Shown one piece after another: positions 37,925 through 44,702 of a stretch of DNA of 44,702 nucleotides. Below the pieces are notes generated by a model, which made no database searches, was not told the origin of the DNA, and saw nothing but the letters and a program-made list of their open reading frames with translations. Source of the DNA: Eubacteriales bacterium (lineage in GTDB: Bacteria > Bacillota > Clostridia > Oscillospirales > SIG627); assembly GCA_045657125.1 (NCBI GenBank), contig JAZOSM010000084.1, forward strand, positions 1-44,702. Reading direction: 5' to 3'. The position numbers were made by a program, and so were the translations under genes. Positions within the stretch are counted from its first letter, which is position 1, and each line of letters opens with the position of its first letter.

Positions 37925-38534
37925 CTTTCACCTCGATGTCAAGAATTCTGAAGATTTTATAGGTGCCATCTTCCGTTTTAATCAGCTGATAGATCTGCGG
38001 AACCAATGAATTTGAAGAGATTTCCGGTCGAAATGTTTTATTGTTTTTGAAAATTCTATACGAAACTTCAAAATTTAAAAGAGTAACCTCTTCGCCATCA
38101 ATCTCATCGATCGAGGCGGAATGATAACGAACGGCCGGGTCGTAAATCATTTGCATGGTAAACATCGGATCTTCCTTGAAATAACCGTCAACAAAGAAAT
38201 CTTTATAAGATTGATACTCACCATTGATTACGGTATGAAAATACTTTAAAAAGAATTGACAGTCGGTATCAGCGCTTTCCAAATCTTTTTCATAAGAGAA
38301 TAACTGCTCAACCCCGTTTACGGCATAAATCAAATCACGTTGAAAACCCATGTATGCCTGATTTAAAAAGATATTCTCATCATAATTTGCAGGATAATAC
38401 TCTCCTCCGGAAGGCATCGGCTGATCTTTCGGCAAAAAGAGCGCAAGTAATAATCCAATCATGAAAATTACCAAAATTGAAATTGCAATAATAAAAACAA
38501 TCTTTACTTTTTTAACATCTTTTTTGAAATGCAA
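37914..38534 (-). CDS. membrane-anchored hypothetical protein (206 aa)
   Basis: TTG start with AGGAGG 9 nt upstream and one N-terminal TM helix. Overlaps the birA start by 11 nt. Confidence 0.6.
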   Translation of the reverse strand: MHFKKDVKKVKIVFIIAISILVIFMIGLLLALFLPKDQPMPSGGEYYPANYDENIFLNQAYMGFQRDLIYAVNGVEQLFSYEKDLESADTDCQFFLKYFHTVINGEYQSYKDFFVDGYFKEDPMFTMQMIYDPAVRYHSASIDEIDGEEVTLLNFEVSYRIFKNNKTFRPEISSNSLVPQIYQLIKTEDGTYKIFRILDIEVKDGD

Positions 38535-38548
38535 TTGCGGATAACCTC

Positions 38549-38971
38549 CTATTTTGCAAAGGGTAAATTTTTATTTACTTTCTTTCGAGGACGTCTTTTT
38601 TGCAGTAAAAACTGAACAGCTGTGGTACAAAGAATAAATACAGCATGTTCTATCAAAACTTTTGTAGGATGAAAATCACCGTCGGTATACAAAAGTCCTA
38701 AAACAATACTAATAAATGAAACTGCGGCTGCGCCAATAAAAGTTAACTTTAAAGGATTTTTCGATATACAGCGACAGAAGAAAACAAGCACAATCCCCTG
38801 CAAAGCCAGTAAAATGCACGGAAAACAGTTATAGAGAATATTGCTTCGCGGAACTTGAAACAGAACGTAAGAAATCAGATAAAATAAAAGTACAAGAGAA
38901 AAACAGCCAAAAGAAATTAAAAACAAGTATTTGGATGAAAAGAATTTTCGATTCGTCTTTGAGTGATTCAT
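38549..38971 (-). CDS. polytopic membrane hypothetical protein (140 aa)
   Basis: GGGAGG RBS and about four hydrophobic helices. Confidence 0.6.
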   Translation of the reverse strand: MNHSKTNRKFFSSKYLFLISFGCFSLVLLFYLISYVLFQVPRSNILYNCFPCILLALQGIVLVFFCRCISKNPLKLTFIGAAAVSFISIVLGLLYTDGDFHPTKVLIEHAVFILCTTAVQFLLQKRRPRKKVNKNLPFAK

Positions 38972-39020
38972 AACAGCCTCCCTTTTTTAGAAAAGATATG
39001 AACCACTCTCGAAAAAAAGA

Positions 39021-42000
39021 CTAGAAAGACGAAATATCCACAGAATCGTTTTGCAAAATTTGGAGAATATTCTGCAATTCGTGCTCAAATGAATCAAAAC
39101 ATTTCGTGGAACGCAAAAGATACATCGTCCATCCGCAACGCTGATAATAAAGCGTGTTGGAACACTCAACAGCCGCTACGTTCAAGCGATGATTTAAAAC
39201 GGTATGATCGGTCATAATACCCAGCAGAAAGCTTTCATCTTGACCCAAAACACCAAGATCAATGTAGTATCGTCCGCTTTGGATGCCCGAGACGGTCCTG
39301 AAGCCACGAGATTCAAGTTCATTTCTCATCCGAGAAATAATGCTTACCTCGTCAGAGACACCGGCAGCAATATAAGAATTATTGACCTTGGGCGCAGAAA
39401 GCGCGGCAAAAAGCGAACGGAAAGCCGCACCGGCAAACAAGAGACACGGCGATGCATTTAAATCATCTTCTTTGAAACTGGAAAGAACGAGAATTTTTTC
39501 TTTCGCAGACGAAAGAACCGACCCAATAGCTTTGTAAGCATCTTTACCACCAAATTCGTAAAATAAATCAGGCAACTTCGAATTCGGAATGCTTCGGTTT
39601 GTTGCAAAGGTTGCAGAAAAAACAATGTAATCGCAAGGATAAATAGGCTCACCAACAGAGGTAATATAAAACCTACTGTAATCGGTAAAGTATCGTGAAA
39701 CGTCCTCTTGATGGCGCAAGGTTTGAGCAAACAAACGCAAAATCAGTTTTTTCTGCTCCATCGTTGCAGCAACGATACCAATGCTTTTTTTCTTCTCCGA
39801 CATCGCAAAAGAAACAAGTTCCTCAACTGCCTTTTGCGCCTCGCAATAATTTGCTCCCGGATATTCACCGCCGAAGGTTCCGGGCAAAAGCCGCCATTCC
39901 GTTGCGGCGGTATAACGCTTACACGGAACGGAATAAAATCTAAAGTCAGATCGCAAATTCGAATAATAAGAGTTTTTAAATTCCGTTAACGCTGGAATGG
40001 AATAATAAGATGCAGACAAACGATATTTTTCATCGGAAACACTCCACAAATAATCGAAAGCAGAAGCAGATAGATCAAACTTTTGACTCTTATAAATGCG
40101 GTCGGAAAAATCACCGGCAAAAACAACCTGTTTGCCGCAATAAAAAATCCATATCAAATCCTCAAGAGAAACCGAGGCTCTGGATTCCAAAAGAATCAAA
40201 TCGAAAAAGTTTCTTTTTTCGGAAAAGAGTTTCTTTGCCTGCTTTAAATCCGAAATAACACAAGGGAAAATTCCGGAAAATACGGTTCTGTTTTCAATCA
40301 ACGCAGAGGGTGAAAAAGACGCCGTTGAAACGTCACGCAAAGAATCAAAACGTACAACAGATAACAGCGAGTCAAGCTCTGACTTTTCTTTGCTGCGTAC
40401 GGCGCTTCTTAACGCAACAAACGTCTCCATCGCCTTATCTACAGAAAAGTTCTCGGGAATCAATTGAGGATGCGCGATAAAATTAAACTCGCAGACGGAT
40501 TTAAAAAATGCACGCAAAAAGCTACGCTTGATTTCATCGTTTGTAAGTTTAGCATTTTCTATAGCGATTACAACGCTCTTTAATCCCAAAGAAATTGCAC
40601 GTTCTTTGACGTTCAGCCAACTGCACCAATTTTTCAGATGATCGGATGCAGACAAAACATCAAGAATATTTTGATGTAATCTTGTAAAATAATCTTCTGT
40701 AGCACTGGTGGGAAAATAAAAATCAATCTCATTGAAAATCAATTTTTCAAAATTAGTTTTCAATGATAAAAATTCTTCGCACAAGTCCTTGAGAACATTG
40801 ATTTTATCAGATACCTCAAACATCACTTTAGCCTTGGAAAAATCCGAAACAAAGGCCGAAATACCGTCCAATTCAAAAGACGACTGATAAACGGCGTAAC
40901 ATTGGTAACAAAGATCTGCCGAGAAAGAAAGTGACTTCCAGCATTCGTCTGAATTGTTGCCGGAAACAGAGAAAAGAGAAAATACTTGTTCTTGAGAACC
41001 CTCAATCAACCTTTGATTTTGCTGATAAGTAAAAAGACGGGATAAAATATACTCAATGTTTTCAACATCACAGTTTGGCTTTAAAAAGCGCTTTACAGAT
41101 TTCAAAATACCGTGCTTCTGCGAGATTGCTTTAAAGCTTTTATCACCAATCAAAGCATTGTAGCGTACATATAAATCTTCCGCATCCAATTCAAATACAC
41201 TATCAAAAAAGCTAACTCGAATGGCTTGAAGAATGCTGTCATTTTCCTCTTTTGCTTGAATCAAAGTCGTGGCTTTTCTAAAGTTTTGCTCGATGTTGCT
41301 GTAATTTGCAAAAAAGCTTTCGGGAATTTTTTCAAATTCGGCAAACAGACGGTACAAATCGCAAAAAGCACCGAGAACGGAAAGTGAAGACAGCGCAGAA
41401 ATCGACGGAAACAACAAAACGATCTGGTCCCGCAAATAAATAATTTGTTCGATACAGCGCAGAAGATCCTCCATGTACCGAATAAATTTAGACTTTAATT
41501 CATAAGAGAAGTTTTTATTTTTGACAATGCGAAGCGGATGAGTATGAACAGGTTCGATTTCAGAGACAGATTTAATCATCTCATTTACAGTAGAAAACCA
41601 CTCCTGAACCATATCGTCTGTCAGAGAGCCGATTTGCTCGGGAGAAAAAATAATTACGTCGTTTGCATCGCGCAACTGTTCGTATCGATCCGATGCAATC
41701 AAAAACGAAGAAACGATGCTTTTACTTCCCTCAAGAGCTGAATAATAAGAATCCAACTCTTCGGTAGCCAAGCGAAGATCCTCGCGGTCTTGCAGGATCA
41801 TATCATCAATGTTGAAGTTTGTTGCAAAGTCGTCTTTATAGCAGGTAAAGTCCGAATCTTTGATGATATTCCAAGCAAAAGTTGAACTAAACAAATTGGA
41901 AGAAATCTTCGCAAAATCATCGGGATGATAATCAGGATCGGTAATGTAAAGAACGTTTCTACCGCTTTTCATTTTCATGGATGCGGCGCGAGAAAAAAGC

Positions 42001-43193
42001 GTAGATACACCTGTTCCGGTTTGAGCACGAATCAAAGTAAAATCATTGGACAAAATCTTAGAAAGAATCTTATTTTGATTGACGTCGAGCTCGGGTTGAA
42101 ACGGAATGGATTCTTTTTTTGTGTTAATGGGAAATTTGCTTCCGAGAAGAATTGCTTTAACACGGGAATCATCGGAATATTTTTTCCAAAGCATATCATA
42201 ATCTGCAAAATCATGACGCAAATCTTCCTCCTCGCGAGCAGAAAGGACATAATTCCCCTTTTCCGAAACACGAACAGGTAAAGGCAAAATATGATATTCC
42301 CTTGCTTTCTCGATGCTGATCAGAACAAGTTTCTCATCAGAAAGATGAATGGAGTTTTTCGCATTAAACAAGGCGCTATCAAAGGAAAGGCTGCTGCCAA
42401 AAGCCAAATCGCTTCCGTCAATTAAGTATAAACCGTCAAAATTGCAATTGCTACCGTTAACAGTGTTAATTAGTTTCAAATTATCACGGTTCAATGTAAA
42501 GCCGCTGTAAACCTTACCACCTGCAGTGTACGCAACAACGGGAGAAATTCCACCTGCTTCAAGAGCAGAAGCAAAAGCCACGGCCAATTCCAAAGAATTT
42601 CCTGCACGTTCTTTAATGACTCTTTCGCACAAGCGAACGGGCAAAGGAGTTTTATCACTATAATCCTCAACAGCATACGTCAAGCGCAAATCTTTAATGT
42701 TGTCATAAACCTGGCAGGCGAAATCAATCGGATCCGTAAAACTGCCTACAACTTTAATTCTTTCAAGTTCGGGCTGAGCAGGCGTTACAAAGAAAGATAT
42801 TGCTTCGGGAATATCGGAGAAACCCGAAAAATAAAAATAAGGCAAAATCTTGCAAGCAAAATTAGAACTTGCAAGTATGTTTTCTTCTGCATCTTTGATA
42901 ATTACGGAAACAGAGACATCTTGAATTCGTCTCTCGGAAGCCAAATAGGAAGCATCAAGATTTACAAAATCGCAGGAAAAGAAATGATAACCACCTGCAG
43001 AAATATAATCCAGTTCTTGCTCGGAAGAAAACAAAATATTGGGAGTGGAAGTAATTTGTATTTTTAACGCAGAAAAAGCCAGGTCACTCAAATTCTCAAC
43101 GTAAAGAGAATCAAAGAGAGGAAACCCGGAATTAAATGCGGCAAAACTATAATTTTTCTTACAATTCAATTTAATTTTAAACAAATTTTCCAT
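39021..43193 (-). CDS. DUF4011/Upf1-like SF1 helicase-nuclease homologue with degenerate catalytic motifs
   Basis: Architecture is an N-terminal DUF4011-like domain, a transglutaminase-like segment, RecA1, a long helical insert, RecA2 (SIGIVAATMEQKK) and a C-terminal Vsr/DUF559-like fold. Walker A reads QTGTGVST and motif II reads LLESRAS. Confidence 0.72.
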   Translation of the reverse strand: MENLFKIKLNCKKNYSFAAFNSGFPLFDSLYVENLSDLAFSALKIQITSTPNILFSSEQELDYISAGGYHFFSCDFVNLDASYLASERRIQDVSVSVIIKDAEENILASSNFACKILPYFYFSGFSDIPEAISFFVTPAQPELERIKVVGSFTDPIDFACQVYDNIKDLRLTYAVEDYSDKTPLPVRLCERVIKERAGNSLELAVAFASALEAGGISPVVAYTAGGKVYSGFTLNRDNLKLINTVNGSNCNFDGLYLIDGSDLAFGSSLSFDSALFNAKNSIHLSDEKLVLISIEKAREYHILPLPVRVSEKGNYVLSAREEEDLRHDFADYDMLWKKYSDDSRVKAILLGSKFPINTKKESIPFQPELDVNQNKILSKILSNDFTLIRAQTGTGVSTLFSRAASMKMKSGRNVLYITDPDYHPDDFAKISSNLFSSTFAWNIIKDSDFTCYKDDFATNFNIDDMILQDREDLRLATEELDSYYSALEGSKSIVSSFLIASDRYEQLRDANDVIIFSPEQIGSLTDDMVQEWFSTVNEMIKSVSEIEPVHTHPLRIVKNKNFSYELKSKFIRYMEDLLRCIEQIIYLRDQIVLLFPSISALSSLSVLGAFCDLYRLFAEFEKIPESFFANYSNIEQNFRKATTLIQAKEENDSILQAIRVSFFDSVFELDAEDLYVRYNALIGDKSFKAISQKHGILKSVKRFLKPNCDVENIEYILSRLFTYQQNQRLIEGSQEQVFSLFSVSGNNSDECWKSLSFSADLCYQCYAVYQSSFELDGISAFVSDFSKAKVMFEVSDKINVLKDLCEEFLSLKTNFEKLIFNEIDFYFPTSATEDYFTRLHQNILDVLSASDHLKNWCSWLNVKERAISLGLKSVVIAIENAKLTNDEIKRSFLRAFFKSVCEFNFIAHPQLIPENFSVDKAMETFVALRSAVRSKEKSELDSLLSVVRFDSLRDVSTASFSPSALIENRTVFSGIFPCVISDLKQAKKLFSEKRNFFDLILLESRASVSLEDLIWIFYCGKQVVFAGDFSDRIYKSQKFDLSASAFDYLWSVSDEKYRLSASYYSIPALTEFKNSYYSNLRSDFRFYSVPCKRYTAATEWRLLPGTFGGEYPGANYCEAQKAVEELVSFAMSEKKKSIGIVAATMEQKKLILRLFAQTLRHQEDVSRYFTDYSRFYITSVGEPIYPCDYIVFSATFATNRSIPNSKLPDLFYEFGGKDAYKAIGSVLSSAKEKILVLSSFKEDDLNASPCLLFAGAAFRSLFAALSAPKVNNSYIAAGVSDEVSIISRMRNELESRGFRTVSGIQSGRYYIDLGVLGQDESFLLGIMTDHTVLNHRLNVAAVECSNTLYYQRCGWTMYLLRSTKCFDSFEHELQNILQILQNDSVDISSF

Positions 43194-43219
43194 AAAAACC
43201 CCAAACTTTTACTAATAAC

Positions 43220-43248
43220 ATATTACCATATTTATTTGAATTCGTCAA
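43220..43248 (-). promoter_or_regulatory. sigma-A-type promoter for the 1390-aa gene
   Basis: On the - strand: TTGACG, 17-nt spacer, TAATAT. Confidence 0.5.
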
Positions 43249-43254
43249 CAAGAA

Positions 43255-43288
43255 GAGAAAAAGGAAAGCGGAGATTTACCGCTTTCCC
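43255..43288 (-). terminator. terminator after glxK
   Basis: On the - strand: stem GGAAAGCGG / CCGCTTTCC followed by TTTTTC. Confidence 0.65.
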
Positions 43289-43315
43289 AAAAATAAAATT
43301 TTTATTGATTTCACG

Positions 43316-44428
43316 TTAGTCAGTGAAGGTATTTAAGAGTTTTGCCACTTGAAAAGCTGTCTGTTTCAGATTCTTTTCACCGTCGGTCAAAGCTTTATCA
43401 AGCGTGCACGGGTGATTTAAAATCGAGAACACAGAAACAATTCCCTCAGGCAGTGCGCTATCCTCAATTGAATATGATCCGCATAAAAGAATCACGGGCA
43501 CGTCAAACTTCCTGCAAACGGATGCGATTCCGGACACCGCCTTGCCATCCGCACTTTGAGAATCAAAACGCCCTTCCCCACTGATAACAAAATCCGCATC
43601 GGAAATTTCACGCTCAAAATTTTTTAAATTTAAAACCGTTTCAATTCCGCTTTGTAGTTTTGAATTTAAAAAAGCAACCGATCCTGCACCGCAACCGCCT
43701 GCCGCGCCTGCGCCGGGAATATTTGCAATTTCAATTTTCAAAGCATCTTCAATTACTTTCGACGCGGAAATCAATCCCTCATCCAAAATGCACAGCATTT
43801 CATCATTTGCACCTTTTTGGGGGGCAAATACGTAAGCAGCACCATTTTTTCCGTAAAGAGGATTTGTTACGTCGCACATGGTAATGAACTTGCTTTCTTT
43901 AATTCTCGGATCTATTTCGGATACATCAACACTTGCGATCTCATTCAAGGTTCCACCTGTCGGCACGAAGCTCTTTCCATTTTCATTAAAAAACTTTACA
44001 CCAAGTGCACAGGCAATACCACAGCCAAGATCATTTGTGGAGCTACCGCCCAAAGCTAAAATAAACTCTCTTTCCCCACAGTCCAAAGCGTTTTTAATAA
44101 GCTGTCCAACACCGTAGGTGGAACTTATCATCGGATTTGGATTTTTTGCCATGGGCAATCCGGCAACGGCGGCAAGCTCGATCACGGCAAAATTTCCAAG
44201 TTTTCCCCAAAAACTTGTAATATCTTCGGAAAAAGCATCCTTTACTTGAACAAAAACTTTTTCAGCTCCAAGTACATCGATCGTACCTTCGCCACCGTCG
44301 GCAATGGGAATCGTAACTACATCAACGTCACGATCAACGGAAAGAAAAGCGTCTTTTATTACGGTGCAAACGCGTTCGGAGGAAATGGATCCTTTAAAAG
44401 AATCACAAGCAACAACGACTTTTTTCAT
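43316..44428 (-). CDS. glxK: glycerate kinase
   Basis: N-terminal ACDSFKGS and PIADGGEGT motifs. ATG at 44428 is preferred over the TTG at 44440. Confidence 0.88.
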   Translation of the reverse strand: MKKVVVACDSFKGSISSERVCTVIKDAFLSVDRDVDVVTIPIADGGEGTIDVLGAEKVFVQVKDAFSEDITSFWGKLGNFAVIELAAVAGLPMAKNPNPMISSTYGVGQLIKNALDCGEREFILALGGSSTNDLGCGIACALGVKFFNENGKSFVPTGGTLNEIASVDVSEIDPRIKESKFITMCDVTNPLYGKNGAAYVFAPQKGANDEMLCILDEGLISASKVIEDALKIEIANIPGAGAAGGCGAGSVAFLNSKLQSGIETVLNLKNFEREISDADFVISGEGRFDSQSADGKAVSGIASVCRKFDVPVILLCGSYSIEDSALPEGIVSVFSILNHPCTLDKALTDGEKNLKQTAFQVAKLLNTFTD

Positions 44429-44507
44429 GGCAAACCCCAAAATTATTTTTTTCTAATTATAACACAAAATAGCTAAAAATCAAATAGATTTGCAAATCAT
44501 ATTAATC

Positions 44508-44536
44508 TTGACTTTTAATTAACGGCAAGATATAAT
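44508..44536 (+). promoter_or_regulatory. consensus sigma-A promoter
   Basis: TTGACT, 17-nt spacer, TATAAT. Confidence 0.6.
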
Positions 44537-44563
44537 AATTTTGTTTATGAAAGGAGTATCAAT

Positions 44564-44702
44564 ATGCTGTACGAAAACATTTTGAATTACATTGATGAAA
44601 ATGCTAAACTGTTTACAGATCTTTCCGACGACCTTTGGGATCACCCCGAGTTGGGTTACCGTGAATTTTATGCAGTTGAACGCATTACAAAAATCTTGAG
44701 AG
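44564..44702 (+). CDS. M20-family amidohydrolase (AbgB-like), N-terminal fragment cut by the window end
   Basis: AAGGAG RBS. MLYENILNYIDENAKLFTDLSDDLWDHPELGYREF resembles M20D N-termini. Confidence 0.55.
   Translation, partial: MLYENILNYIDENAKLFTDLSDDLWDHPELGYREFYAVERITKILR

Overview
The window is a low-GC, endospore-forming Firmicutes (Clostridia-like) chromosome. Protein calls rest on motifs recognised by eye, not on database searches. Most of it is housekeeping: glnS (partial), prfB, prfA, tsaC/sua5, coaE, murD, valS, ispDF, birA, glxK, RNase P RNA, spoVAC/AD/AE, several peptidases, and a 2308-aa cyclic beta-1,2-glucan-synthase-like gene. The most interesting feature is a foreign insertion of about 2.8 kb at 10065-12871. 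It is bounded by a 16-nt direct repeat and sits inside a host palindrome. It encodes only a two-tyrosine HUH rolling-circle Rep and a 204-aa catalytic-domain-only tyrosine recombinase. About 1.2 kb of it is very GC-rich, hairpin-dense and non-coding, with five GCGAAGC mini-hairpin motifs, many C-GNA-G triloops and a CTTGATA nick-site motif just upstream of rep. I read it as an integrated minimal rolling-circle (ssDNA) replicon of an undescribed type. The second candidate is a 1390-aa DUF4011/Upf1-like helicase-nuclease homologue whose ATPase, nuclease and transglutaminase-like motifs all look eroded. It sits in an apparent operon with two membrane proteins and birA. Smaller oddities are a split spoVA cluster with a sigma-G-type promoter, RF2 without the frameshift site, an RF1 His-to-Gln change, and an M42 peptidase triplet whose third copy has lost its metal ligands. 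No tRNA, rRNA or CRISPR array was seen.
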